Source: Pyrinomonadaceae bacterium (GTDB lineage Bacteria > Acidobacteriota > Blastocatellia > Pyrinomonadales > Pyrinomonadaceae). From it: DNA of 64,000 bases. Of this stretch, positions 18,129 to 27,294 are shown piece after piece (within the stretch, counting starts at the first letter, position 1; each line of letters starts with the position of its first letter). The position numbers were made by a program, and so were the translations under genes. The notes under the pieces were generated by a model that saw only the letters and a list, made by a program, of their open reading frames with translations, did no database searches and was not told the origin of the DNA. The stretch lies in NCBI GenBank assembly GCA_040510435.1, contig JBEVJD010000356.1, forward strand, positions 1,026 through 65,025. Direction: 5' to 3'.

Positions 18129-18827
18129 TCAAGGTGCCTGCTGGACGACGATGCGGACGCGTTCTTTGCCAACGACGATTTCGAGCGGGTTGCCGAGTTG
18201 GAGGGGGATGGTCTTGCCGTTGACGTTGATTTCGAGCGGGGGCACGGCGGCGGCGGGCGCCGTCGCGGAGGTGTCGGCTGCGGGCGTCGCGCCCGCGGGC
18301 GCGCCCGTCTCGGCGGGCGGCGGCGGGGTCTGTTCGCGCGGCTTGGCCACGTCGCCCGTGCGCGTCAGGAGCGTCGTCGCCACAATGCGCCACGTCGCGG
18401 GCGTGCAGGTCAGGCGCAGCCCCGGCGTGTCCACCTCGACCTGCTCGCGCGGCGCGAAGGCTTCGAGCTTCCAGAGGCCCTCGCCGCAGCGCACGCCGTC
18501 CTCGCCGTAGAAGGTCGCCCACCCCGCCACGTAGTTGTAGAAGACGGGGCTGCGGTTCTCGACCACGAACCGCGTGTTGCGCGCAGGGGCTTCGGGGCTT
18601 CCCACGAGCGACTGCGTGCGCAGGCGACCGCCCAACGCCTCGTTGCCCGCCACGTCGTACGCGATTGCCGCCTGCGCCAGGGGCACGTGCGGCTCGCTCG
18701 GCCGCACGTCCGAAGTGCTCGCCGCCGTCTGCTGCGGGGTCGCCTCCGCCGTCTGCGCCGACGCCGCGCACACGCACGCGGCGACGGCCGCGAGCAGAGA
18801 CGCCGTCCTGAAAAGTTTAGTCCTCAC
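18129..18827 (-). CDS. Hypothetical secreted protein
   Basis: GTG start at 18827 with GGAGG upstream. Signal peptide RTKLFRTASLLAAVAACVCAASAQ. The longer ORF-track N-terminus is rejected. Confidence 0.6.
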   Translation of the reverse strand: MRTKLFRTASLLAAVAACVCAASAQTAEATPQQTAASTSDVRPSEPHVPLAQAAIAYDVAGNEALGGRLRTQSLVGSPEAPARNTRFVVENRSPVFYNYVAGWATFYGEDGVRCGEGLWKLEAFAPREQVEVDTPGLRLTCTPATWRIVATTLLTRTGDVAKPREQTPPPPAETGAPAGATPAADTSATAPAAAVPPLEINVNGKTIPLQLGNPLEIVVGKERVRIVVQQAP

Positions 18828-18897
18828 CTGCTCCCCTCCGTTGCGGTATTCCGCGCGCCAAGAGAGTACAGGCCGCGGCGACCCTTTGACAAATTCT

Positions 18898-20163
18898 TCA
18901 GCCCGCGACGACCGGCATGTAGGCCGCGCCGCGCGGCAGCACGTAGCCCGCGGCGTCCGGCTCGACGCGCGCAAGCGCCTCCTCGACCGTGCGCGCGGGC
19001 GTCATGCGCATGTGGCGCACCTCCTCTTCCGGCAGGTTCGAGACGAGCTGGATGCGGAACCGCTCGGCCTTCGTCAGGAGCGACCAAGCGGTCTGGCCGT
19101 TGACCTCGTAAGCGTCGCGCAGGCGCGCTTCGAGCGCGCGCGAGTCTGCCGAGTCGAACCACTTGAGGAAGTCGGCGCGCCCCAGTCCGTCGGCGCACTC
19201 TGCGACGAGGACGATGTGGCCGCCCTCCACGCACGCGTGCGAGGCCATCTCCAGAGCCTTGTGCGCCTGCACGAGGTTGAGGTCGAAAGGCGCGCCACCG
19301 GCGGAGGCGACGACGACGGGTCGGCGCTCTTCAATCTTGACGGTGTGCGAGTCCGCGTACTCGGCGCAGGCGAGGCGGTGCGCCACGCGCCAGTCGCCGG
19401 CATACACGCGCACTATCTGTCCGCGCGCGTCGGTCACCGTGTTGATGAGGAACGACGGCGCGGCCTCGGCCGCAATGCGCTCGCACTCCTCGTGGACGGC
19501 GTTGCCGTCGAGCCTTCCGGTGCCGACGCCCGCGCGCCGCCCGCCGCGCTCGAAGTCGAGAGCCTGTAGGTGTGTCGCCTCAACCGTGCGCCGCGAGGCG
19601 AGTCCCGGGCAGACGCTCTTGCGCCCGCCGGTGAAGCCCGCGAAGTAGTGGAAGCCGACCCCGCCCGTGAGGATGACGTGCGAGTGTTCGAAGAGCGCGC
19701 GGTTCAGCTCGACGGGCGTGCCGCGCTCGGTCTCGCCGAAAGAGGCGTGCTGCGACCCGTCGTCGGCGTCGTGCGCGAGCGTGCGGACGCGCTGCACGAT
19801 GAAGGGCGTCAGAAGCTCTGCCTTCTCCTCGCGCGTCACCGGCCGGTGGATGCCCGTCGCGAAGATGACGCGCAGGTCGTAAGGCGCGACGCCGAGCGCG
19901 ATCAGGCGCCGCACGAGCAGGTTGACGACCTGCGCGCTCCCCGTCGCGCGCGTCGCGTCCGAGACGACGATCAAAATACTCTCGCCCGGGCTGATGATAT
20001 CTTCCAGCGGCTGCGAATCGACGGGGTCGTCAATCGCCGCCCCGACCTCCGCGTCCGACAGCGCACGCTCCTCGCGCGCCTCGCCTTCAAGCACCTCGAA
20101 GCGCCCGCCCTCGAACTCGAAAGAAACGTGACCGCGGCCGTAGCCTAGTTGGATTGTGGTCAT
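18898..20163 (-). CDS. LarA-like (nickel-pincer lactate racemase family, DUF2088) protein
   Basis: ATGIHRP and HYFAGFTGGRKSVCPG motifs, 421 aa. No larB/C/E genes are seen nearby. Confidence 0.82.
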   Translation of the reverse strand: MTTIQLGYGRGHVSFEFEGGRFEVLEGEAREERALSDAEVGAAIDDPVDSQPLEDIISPGESILIVVSDATRATGSAQVVNLLVRRLIALGVAPYDLRVIFATGIHRPVTREEKAELLTPFIVQRVRTLAHDADDGSQHASFGETERGTPVELNRALFEHSHVILTGGVGFHYFAGFTGGRKSVCPGLASRRTVEATHLQALDFERGGRRAGVGTGRLDGNAVHEECERIAAEAAPSFLINTVTDARGQIVRVYAGDWRVAHRLACAEYADSHTVKIEERRPVVVASAGGAPFDLNLVQAHKALEMASHACVEGGHIVLVAECADGLGRADFLKWFDSADSRALEARLRDAYEVNGQTAWSLLTKAERFRIQLVSNLPEEEVRHMRMTPARTVEEALARVEPDAAGYVLPRGAAYMPVVAG

Positions 20164-20170
20164 AAAAAGC

Positions 20171-20248
20171 AGGGAGTCAGGAGTCAGGAGTCAGAATGAA
20201 GAAGATGCGGCACCACTTTTTATTCTGAATTCTGGCTCCTGACTCCCT
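20171..20248. repeat. Heptamer-arm hairpin (GGAGTCA family)
   Basis: agggagtcaggagtcaggagtcagaat (20171-20197) pairs with attctgaattctggctcctgactccct (20222-20248). Confidence 0.85.
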
Positions 20249-20254
20249 TCCCCC

Positions 20255-20497
20255 TCACACCCCGAAGCGCACCAGCTCGCGTTCGATGACGTTGAGCGAG
20301 GCGAAGTCGGTCTTGCCGGAGGCGCGCGTCTCTGCGAGCCAGCGGCGGAGTTGCCGCGCCTCGTCGAGCGTCTGGATGCGGCACGCGCCCGTCAGCGCCA
20401 GCGTCACGAGCGCGTCCGGCGCGCCGTGCGTCATCAGCGCCGCCTGCAACGCTGCCTGCTCGCGCAAATCGAGGACGATGAGAAGGCTGATCTCCAT
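20255..20497 (-). CDS. Hypothetical small protein (80 aa)
   Basis: GC3-rich frame downstream of the CDF gene. No clear SD, and the start is uncertain (20497 or 20548). Confidence 0.4.
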   Translation of the reverse strand: MEISLLIVLDLREQAALQAALMTHGAPDALVTLALTGACRIQTLDEARQLRRWLAETRASGKTDFASLNVIERELVRFGV

Positions 20498-20510
20498 AAG
20501 TACAGATGTT

Positions 20511-20577
20511 AGATGTGAGCTGCCGGATGCTGGTGCGTGCCTTTTCACTAACGTCCAGCATCCGGCAGCTCACATCT
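20511..20577. repeat. Perfect 23-bp inverted repeat immediately after the CDF stop codon
   Basis: agatgtgagctgccggatgctgg (20511-20533) and its exact reverse complement (20555-20577), with a 21-nt loop. It is not of the heptamer type. Confidence 0.9.
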
Positions 20578-21545
20578 CATTCCTTCGTCGAGCGGAAGCA
20601 GGCCGTGCCGGAGGTGCAAAAGTGGAACGTCTCGTCCTCGAAGTCCTCGGTCTCCATCTGAATCGTCAGGTGGTCTACGCCAAACTGGTCGTGGAGCTTG
20701 GCGCGCAAAGAGCGCAGCAGCTCAGCGGGCGCGGCGGCGGGCGCGTGGCGGACGTGCGCCGAGAGCGCGTCGCGCCCCGAGGTGATCGTCCAGACGTGCA
20801 GGTCGTGCACGTCCTCGACGCCCGCCGTCTCAAGGATCGCGCCCTCGACCGCGGCGAGGTTGATGTGCGCGGGTGTCCCTTCCAGCAGGACGTTGGTCGC
20901 CTCGCGGATGAGGCTCCAGGAACTCCACACGATGAGCACGGCGATGAGCGCGCTGAAGAACGGGTCGGCCGCGTGCCAACCCTTCAGCGTGATGAGCAGG
21001 CCCGCGGCGATGGCTCCCACCGACCCGAGCGCGTCGCCCATCACGTGCAGCCACGCGCCGCGCACGTTCAGGTCGCGCTCGTGGTCGCCGTGCAGCACCC
21101 ACGCGCAGACGAGGTTGACGAGCAGGCCGCCCGCGGCGATGAGCGTCAACGTCCCCCCGCGCTCGATGGGCGGCGGCGCGAGCCAGCGGCCGTAGGCGTC
21201 GTAGAGGATGAAGAGCGAGACGGCCGCGAGCGCGACGCCGTTCGTGAACGCGGCGAGTATCTCCAGCCGGTAGTAGCCGTACGTCTTCGTCGGGTTGGCG
21301 GGGCGCGCCCCGAACCGCGCGGCCACCAGCGCCAGCGCCAGCCCCGCCACGTCAGCGAGCATGTGACCCGCGTCGGCCAGCAGCGCCAGACTCCCCGTCC
21401 ACCAGCCGCCCGCCGCCTCGGCCACCGTGTAGGCGGCCGTCAGCGAGAGGACGAGGAGCAGCCGCCGCCGCCCGCGCGCCGAGAGCGTGTCGTGAGTGTG
21501 CGCGTGCGCGCCGTGCGCGTGCCGGTGTCCGTTCTCCGAAGCCAT
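20577..21545 (-). CDS. Cation diffusion facilitator (CzcD/ZitB-type Zn/Co/Cd efflux)
   Basis: His-rich N-terminus (HRHAHGAHAHTHD), SLALLADAGHMLAD and HVMGDALGS motifs, C-terminal cytoplasmic domain. The ATG at 21545 is preferred. Confidence 0.92.
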   Translation of the reverse strand: MASENGHRHAHGAHAHTHDTLSARGRRRLLLVLSLTAAYTVAEAAGGWWTGSLALLADAGHMLADVAGLALALVAARFGARPANPTKTYGYYRLEILAAFTNGVALAAVSLFILYDAYGRWLAPPPIERGGTLTLIAAGGLLVNLVCAWVLHGDHERDLNVRGAWLHVMGDALGSVGAIAAGLLITLKGWHAADPFFSALIAVLIVWSSWSLIREATNVLLEGTPAHINLAAVEGAILETAGVEDVHDLHVWTITSGRDALSAHVRHAPAAAPAELLRSLRAKLHDQFGVDHLTIQMETEDFEDETFHFCTSGTACFRSTKE

Positions 21546-21620
21546 CTGCCTTAAGGGATTCCCGACCTCCCGCCGCCGTCGAAGCGGTAAGCTTAGCAGA
21601 TTACGCCGGAGCCCGACAGA

Positions 21621-21773
21621 GGCAGTTAGTAGGCAGTTGGCAGATGGCAGTTGAAAGACAATAAGACTCGTTTGACGCATTCGCCCTGAACGAATCGAAG
21701 GCGGCGAGATTCATTGCTCGCCGCCTTCGATTCAATTCAGGCGCCTTCTGCTTTCTACTGCCTACTGCCTACT
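21621..21773. repeat. Heptamer-arm hairpin (GGCAGTA family) with an inner GC hairpin
   Basis: ggcagttagtaggcagttggcagatggcag (from 21621) pairs with ctgctttctactgcctactgcctact (21748-21773). Inner 17-bp stem gaatcgaaggcggcgag / ctcgccgccttcgattc (21692-21733). Confidence 0.8.
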
Positions 21774-21779
21774 CCCCCC

Positions 21780-22574
21780 TCACAGCTCGGCGAGGCCGAG
21801 GGCGCGGTTGAAGTCGCGGTAGAGTTCGTTGAGGTCGCGGATGTTCTTCTCCAGCACGCGGGGGAGGTCGCCGACCTCCTTCATCTGGACGACGAGGTTG
21901 GCGCCGGCGAGGAAGGCCGCGTGCGCGTCGCCCGTGCGCGCCGTGTTCGTCAGGAGCACGAAGACGAGGCGGCGCCGCTCCGCGTTGCGCATCGAGACCA
22001 ACTCGCGGCCGACCGCGACCGCGCCCTGCGCGCGCGGGTCGAATTCTGGGTCGAGCACGAGCACGTCGAGCTGCTCCTCGCGCATGCGCTCGACGGCCTG
22101 CGCGGCGTCGGCCGCGACCGACACGTCGTAGCCGGACTGGCTCAGGCCGCGCGCCGCGTCGCCGCCAAAGGACGAGCCCGCGCACACCAGCGCGCGCCTG
22201 CACTCCCAATCGCCGCGGCGCCCGCTCCCCGCGAACGAAGCCCGCGCGCCGCCCACTTCGCCCGCCGCCTCGCGCCGCAGCAGCGACGCGAGCAGCCGCA
22301 GCACGTCCTCGCTCGACTCGGGCGGAGGCGGTGCGGCCGCGGGCGCGTCGCTCACCAGCGGCGCGGCGACCGCGGGCGCAGAATCCTGCCGCGGCCGCGC
22401 CGAGGCCGGCAAGTCGCCGACCGCCGCCACGGCGTCGCGCTGTGCCTCCTGCGCGGGCGGCTGCGCGTTGACGATCTGCTGACACTTCGGGCAGCGCACG
22501 CTGAACGGGCGCGCAGGAATTTTGGCCCCGTCGAGCTGGAGCTTCGTGGTGCAGTTGGGACAGGTAACTATCAT
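21780..22574 (-). CDS. Zinc-ribbon (MJ0042-type) + receiver-like domain protein
   Basis: N-terminal CPNCTTKLQL...VRCPKCQQ. The C-terminal CheY-like fold has LDVLVLD but lacks the N-terminal acidic pair. It lies directly downstream of pilT. Confidence 0.75.
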   Translation of the reverse strand: MIVTCPNCTTKLQLDGAKIPARPFSVRCPKCQQIVNAQPPAQEAQRDAVAAVGDLPASARPRQDSAPAVAAPLVSDAPAAAPPPPESSEDVLRLLASLLRREAAGEVGGARASFAGSGRRGDWECRRALVCAGSSFGGDAARGLSQSGYDVSVAADAAQAVERMREEQLDVLVLDPEFDPRAQGAVAVGRELVSMRNAERRRLVFVLLTNTARTGDAHAAFLAGANLVVQMKEVGDLPRVLEKNIRDLNELYRDFNRALGLAEL

Positions 22575-22577
22575 GGC

Positions 22578-22730
22578 AGGGAGTCAGGAGTCAGAACTCA
22601 GGAGTCAGAAGTTAAGAGCCGGTAGTCTGGAGCTTCGGAGTCAAAGGTCGTTGAGTATCAAGTCAGTCGTAACGGACAAGACGACACCCGCTCTACATTC
22701 TGACTTCTGACTCCTGACTCCTGACTCCCT
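22578..22730. repeat. Heptamer-arm hairpin (GGAGTCA family)
   Basis: agggagtcaggagtcagaactcaggagtcagaagt (22578-22612) pairs with attctgacttctgactcctgactcctgactccct (22697-22730). Confidence 0.85.
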
Positions 22731-22732
22731 TC

Positions 22733-23959
22733 TCACTCGATCATATCGAGCATGGAGCCGCCGCCCGCGGGGCGCGTGGGGGCGGAGGGGAAGGCGCGTG
22801 GGGGGGCGGCGGGGCGCTTCGCGGTGAAGCCCGAGGCTTCGGCCGGCCGGAAGTCGTCCGTCGCCGACATGCCTTTGAGCGCGAGTTGTAGATTGTTGGG
22901 GTTCGTGGCGAACGAGAGCCCGTCTTCGAGCGTGATCGTGCCGGCCTCGATCATCCCCTTGATGACGTTGTCGAAGTCCTGCATCCCGTCGAGCCGCCCG
23001 TCGCGCATCGCGTCGAGCAGAGACTTCCCGTCCGACTCGCCCGCGGCGACGTACTCGCGCGTGCGCGGCGTGGACTTCAAGACCTCGACCGCCGCGATGC
23101 GCCCGCGGGCGTCGGCGCGCGGGATCAAACGCTGCGAGACGATGTAGCGGAACGTCTGCGCGAGCCGCGTGCGGATGACCTGCTCCTCGTTCTTCGGGTA
23201 GAGGCCGATGATGCGGTCGACGGTCTTCGACGCGTCGATGGTGTGCAGGGTCGAGAGGACGAGGTGACCCGTCTCGGCCGCTTCGAGCGCGATCTCGGTC
23301 GTCTCGTAGTCGCGCATCTCGCCGATGAGGATGACCTTCGGCGCCTGCCGCAACGCCGAGCGCAGCGCCGAGGGGAAGTCGCGCGCGTCGGAGCCGACCT
23401 CGCGCTGGTTGATGGTCGAGTTCTTGTGCGCGTGCAGGAACTCAATCGGGTCTTCGATGGTGACGATGTGGTAGTGCTGCTGCTGGTTGACGAGGTCGAT
23501 GACGGCGGCCAGCGTCGTGGACTTGCCCGACCCCGTCGGCCCCGTCACCAGCACGATGCCGTTGCGCAGCTCCGCGATGTCGGCGAGCTGCTTCGGCAGG
23601 GTCAGGGATTCGAGCGTCGGTATCTCGGTTGGGATGACGCGCATGACGATGGAGTAGGTGCCGCGCTGCTGGAAGATGTTGACGCGGAAACGCGTGCGCG
23701 AGGGCAGAGAGTAGCTGAGGTCGGCCGAGCCGGAGTGCACGAGGCGCTGCGCCGCGTCCGGGTTGCCGTGCATCAGCGTCATCGCGATGACCTCGGTCTG
23801 GTACGGCGTCAGCTTCTGCAAGCCCAACGTCTGGACGGGGCGCAACTGGCCGTTGACCTCCACCTGCGGCGCCTGGCCGACGGAGAAGTTGAGGTCGCTG
23901 ATGCCTTCGGCGGCCTTGAGCATCTGCTCGATGACGGGCGGCAAGTCGAAATATTTCAT
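22733..23959 (-). CDS. pilT: Type IV pilus retraction ATPase PilT/PilU family
   Basis: Walker A GPTGSGKSTT, Asp box, Walker B VILIGEMRD, His box LVLSTLHT. About 40-aa Pro/Ala-rich C-terminal extension. Confidence 0.93.
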   Translation of the reverse strand: MKYFDLPPVIEQMLKAAEGISDLNFSVGQAPQVEVNGQLRPVQTLGLQKLTPYQTEVIAMTLMHGNPDAAQRLVHSGSADLSYSLPSRTRFRVNIFQQRGTYSIVMRVIPTEIPTLESLTLPKQLADIAELRNGIVLVTGPTGSGKSTTLAAVIDLVNQQQHYHIVTIEDPIEFLHAHKNSTINQREVGSDARDFPSALRSALRQAPKVILIGEMRDYETTEIALEAAETGHLVLSTLHTIDASKTVDRIIGLYPKNEEQVIRTRLAQTFRYIVSQRLIPRADARGRIAAVEVLKSTPRTREYVAAGESDGKSLLDAMRDGRLDGMQDFDNVIKGMIEAGTITLEDGLSFATNPNNLQLALKGMSATDDFRPAEASGFTAKRPAAPPRAFPSAPTRPAGGGSMLDMIE

Positions 23960-24220
23960 GCGGGGATTGGCGACTCCGTGTGGCGGGCGGTAAAGAACGC
24001 GGGGCAGGATTTTAAGTCAGGAGGCCGGGAACGGGGCACTGCCCCCGACGACCTTTTTTATAATGTCTGAATGGAATGGGAAAAGCAAGTTAAAACTTTT
24101 AACCTGCTCATCTCTTAAGACTTACCTGACTTTAGCAGTTTTGCGGTCGGGTGCGACCGGGGCCCAAACAGAACCGCGAGCGGTAGCGAGCCTCTGAGGC
24201 ACTGTCTCGGGGTTAAAGTC

Positions 24221-24853
24221 TCAGAGCACGGCGAAAAATGCGCGGGTGCGGCGGGTGATTTCGGCTGGGTCTGTGGTGTTGACGAGCGCGCCGATGACGG
24301 CGACCGAGTCGGCGCCGGCTTCGAGGACGGAGGGCGCGCCCTCCGCCGTGATGCCGCCGATGGCGACCAGCCTGATTGAGCGGCCGACCGCCCCGCGCAC
24401 ACGCTTCAAGCCTTCGAGCCCGACGACCGGGTCGGGGTTCTCCTTCGACGAAGTGTCGAAGACCGGCCCGAGGGCTATGTAGTCTAACGGCAGACGCGCG
24501 GCCTCGATTGCCTGCTCGACGTTGTGCGTCGAGAACCCGACGATCTTCCCCTCCCCCAGCAACGCCCGCGCGGCCTCCGGCGGCATGTCGTCCTGCCCCA
24601 GATGCACGCCGTCCGCCCCGACCGCCAGAGCCACGTCAACCCTGTCGTTGACGATCAACCTCGCCCCGAAGAAGCGCGCCACCTTCAAAGCCTCCGACGC
24701 CTCCCCGTAAAACTCACGCGCCGCCAACCGCTTCTCCCTCAACTGCACCAAACGCGCCCCGCCCTCACACAGACGCGCCACCTGCTCCGCGTGCGTGAGC
24801 CCCGACAAACGCCGGTCGGTAATCGGATAGAGCTTTGGCAATTCTAAAATCAT
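24221..24853 (-). CDS. thiE: Thiamine-phosphate synthase
   Basis: LYPITDR..., GADGVHLGQDD, IGGI...; 210 aa. Confidence 0.92.
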   Translation of the reverse strand: MILELPKLYPITDRRLSGLTHAEQVARLCEGGARLVQLREKRLAAREFYGEASEALKVARFFGARLIVNDRVDVALAVGADGVHLGQDDMPPEAARALLGEGKIVGFSTHNVEQAIEAARLPLDYIALGPVFDTSSKENPDPVVGLEGLKRVRGAVGRSIRLVAIGGITAEGAPSVLEAGADSVAVIGALVNTTDPAEITRRTRAFFAVL

Positions 24854-24883
24854 AAGGACTGAGAGCTTGCTTAAAGAGTACTC

Positions 24884-25035
24884 GCTCCGGAGGAGCGAAA
24901 TGTTTATAGCTTAAGCGAGTATTATTCAACCAAGCTCCGGAGGAGCGGCATGTCTATGTCGCCCCTGACGGGGCTCGGGGTTGGTTGAAACACTGGGGCT
25001 ATAAACATCACGTCCCTACGGGACTTTTCAAACAG
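24884..25035. mobile_element. MITE-like element, copy 2 (core inverted relative to copy 1)
   Basis: Terminal inverted repeats ccggaggagcgaaatgtttatagc (24887-24910) and gctataaacatcacgtccctacgg (24998-25021). The core is the reverse complement of the copy-1 core. It is flanked by short arms aaggactgag (24854-24863) / ctcagtcctt (25068-25077). Confidence 0.75.
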
Positions 25036-25080
25036 ACTCTGCGGACTGAGTGAAGAGCAGCATTTGACTCAGTCCTTATC

Positions 25081-27270
25081 TTATCTCGCGTCGGGTGGGA
25101 CGGCCGTCTGCTTGCCGTCGAGGTAGCGGTCGAACCAGTAGAGCTGCCAGTTGAGGCTCTCGACTAAATGTTTGGGCTCGCCCGTGCGGGTGAGGTTGTG
25201 GTTCTCGCGGGGGAAGATGACGAACTCGGCGTTGGCGCCGAAGTGGCGGAGGGCGCGAAACCACTGCTCGGCCTGTTCGAGCGGGACGCGGTGGTCGTTC
25301 TCCGAGTGGAGAATGAGGATGGGCGTCCTGACGTTCTTCGCGTACTTGAGCGGCGAGCGCTCCCAGTAGAGGTCGAACTTCTCGAAGAGGTCGCCGCCGA
25401 AGTCGTCCTCGTGGCCGTAGGCGCCGTCGCGCGTGCCCTCGTCGCTGATGAAGTTGACGACGCTCCGCAGCGTCACGGCCGCCTTAAACATGTTCGTGTG
25501 GCCGACGATCCAGTTGGTGAGGTAGCCGCCGTAGCTCCCGCCCGTCACGCCCAGGCGCTCGCGGTCTATCCAGGGGTTGCGGCGCAGGACTTCCTCGACG
25601 CCGTTCATCACGTCCACGTAGTCCTTGCCGCCCCACTCGCCCTCGATGCCGCGCTCGAAACGCTGCCCGTAGCCCGTCGAGCCGCGCGGGTTCGTGTAGA
25701 AGACGGCCCACCCGCGCGCGGCGTAGACCTGAAACTCGTGGAACCAGTCCACGCCGTACATCGAGGCGGGGCCGCCGTGGATGCTCAAGACCAACGGGTA
25801 CTTGACGCCCTCACGCCAGCCGACGGGTCTGACGAGGAAGCCGTCAACGTCCCAGCCGTCGGCGCCCTTGTAGGTCATGCGCTCGACGGCCGAGAGTTGG
25901 AGCTGCGGCCAGAGGCGCGCGTTGAGGCTCGTCAACTTCTTCTCGTCGGAGCCGTCGAGGTCTGCCGTGTAGAGGTCGTCGAGGCGCCGGAAGTCGTTCG
26001 CGGCGTAGACCAGGCGCCGCGAGTCGTTGGAGATGTCCACGAAGCGGACGGCGCGCGCGCCCTTCGTCACCTGCTTGATCTTTCCGTCGCGCGCGTCCGC
26101 GCGGAACAGATGCGCCTCACCCTTCACGCCGGTCTCGAAGTAGAGCGCGCGCCCCGCTTCGGCCCAGGTCAGATTCGAGGGGATGAGGTCGAGTTCGGGC
26201 GCGACGTTGCGCGAGGGCGCGCCGCCCGCGGCCGGAGCCAAGAAGATTTTCGGGTGGTCGCGTTCGCGTATGCGGCCGAGGAAGGCGATGGTCTTTCCGT
26301 CGGGCGACCAGCGCGGGCTGTTGTCGGCCTCGTCGTGGTCGGAGATTTTCCGGATGGGGCCGCCGGCCGAGTCTATGACGAAGACATCCGTGTTGCGGCT
26401 CTCGTCGAAGGCTTTGCCCGTGCGGTCGGAGACGAAGGCGATAAGGTTGCCGTCGGGCGACCACTGCGGGTCGGAGTCGTTCCAGTCCTCGCCGAAGGTT
26501 ATCTGCGAGGCCGCGCCGCTCCGCACGTCAAAGACCCAGACGTGGCTGCGCTTGTCGTCGAACCAGCCCGTGTCGTTGAACTTGTAGGAGGTGTGCTTGT
26601 AGTGACGCACGTCGCTCGAAGGCGGTTTGATGTCGCTCGGGCCGGTGCGGCTCGTTAGCACCAACCGTGTTCCGTCCGGCGACCAGTCGAAGGTGCCGAC
26701 GCCGTTCCTGAGGTTCGTCAGGCGCCGCGCCTCGCCGCCTTCGAGCGAGAGCAGCCAGACCTGCGCGCGCGGCGTCGCCTCGGGCGTCGCGGTCTGGAGC
26801 GCCGAAGGTATCCCCGGCGTCGTCGCCGTGACCTGCGACTGCGGCGCGGCGCCCGAAGTCGCGGGCGCAGGCGTCGGCGTGGGCGTCGCACTTCCCTGCG
26901 GCGAAGACGGGGCGACATCGGGCGCGGGTCTTGAGGAGAGGAAGGCTATCGAGCGGCCGTCGGGCGACCAGCGCGGCGAGGTCGAGGACTGCGGGCTCGT
27001 CGTGAACTGGCGCGGCGTGCGGCTGCCGTCGGTCGCCGCCAACCAGATTTGAGAGAGCCGGCGGTTCTGCCTCTGATCCACGTTCGTCACGACGTAGGCC
27101 ACCCAGCGCCCGTCGGGCGAGAGCCGCGGGTCGGAGAGAAACTCGAACGAGTAGTAGTCCTCGGCCGTGACGCCGCGCGGCGCCTGCGCGACCTGCGCGG
27201 CGAGCGGCGCGGCCGAGACGAACGAGAGCAGCAGGGAGACGGCGAGCGCCCCCTTCAAAAACATTCTCAT
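25081..27270 (-). CDS. S9-family serine peptidase with TolB-like beta-propeller
   Basis: Signal peptide and repeated WSPDG propeller motifs. Catalytic GGSYGGYL, C-terminal D/H region (HSENDHRVP). Confidence 0.92.
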   Translation of the reverse strand: MRMFLKGALAVSLLLSFVSAAPLAAQVAQAPRGVTAEDYYSFEFLSDPRLSPDGRWVAYVVTNVDQRQNRRLSQIWLAATDGSRTPRQFTTSPQSSTSPRWSPDGRSIAFLSSRPAPDVAPSSPQGSATPTPTPAPATSGAAPQSQVTATTPGIPSALQTATPEATPRAQVWLLSLEGGEARRLTNLRNGVGTFDWSPDGTRLVLTSRTGPSDIKPPSSDVRHYKHTSYKFNDTGWFDDKRSHVWVFDVRSGAASQITFGEDWNDSDPQWSPDGNLIAFVSDRTGKAFDESRNTDVFVIDSAGGPIRKISDHDEADNSPRWSPDGKTIAFLGRIRERDHPKIFLAPAAGGAPSRNVAPELDLIPSNLTWAEAGRALYFETGVKGEAHLFRADARDGKIKQVTKGARAVRFVDISNDSRRLVYAANDFRRLDDLYTADLDGSDEKKLTSLNARLWPQLQLSAVERMTYKGADGWDVDGFLVRPVGWREGVKYPLVLSIHGGPASMYGVDWFHEFQVYAARGWAVFYTNPRGSTGYGQRFERGIEGEWGGKDYVDVMNGVEEVLRRNPWIDRERLGVTGGSYGGYLTNWIVGHTNMFKAAVTLRSVVNFISDEGTRDGAYGHEDDFGGDLFEKFDLYWERSPLKYAKNVRTPILILHSENDHRVPLEQAEQWFRALRHFGANAEFVIFPRENHNLTRTGEPKHLVESLNWQLYWFDRYLDGKQTAVPPDAR

Positions 27271-27294
27271 GCTTTCACCTTCACGCGGAGGGTC

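Noticed and set aside
24166-24191. A solitary half-arm of the GAGCGG-rich family (aaacagaaccgcgagcggtagcgagc) downstream of thiE.
   Set aside because: No complementary partner arm is found nearby, so it is probably a decayed copy. It is not listed as a hairpin feature.
24854-25080. TPP riboswitch upstream of thiE, FMN riboswitch upstream of ribA (44833-45012), and cobalamin/TPP riboswitch upstream of the TonB-dependent receptor.
   Set aside because: The conserved cores are not present: CUGAGA plus ACCUGAUCUGGAUAAUGCCAGCG for TPP, the RFN core, and the B12 box. The thiE upstream region is occupied by MITE copy 2. The ribA leader is only about 25 nt after a good promoter.
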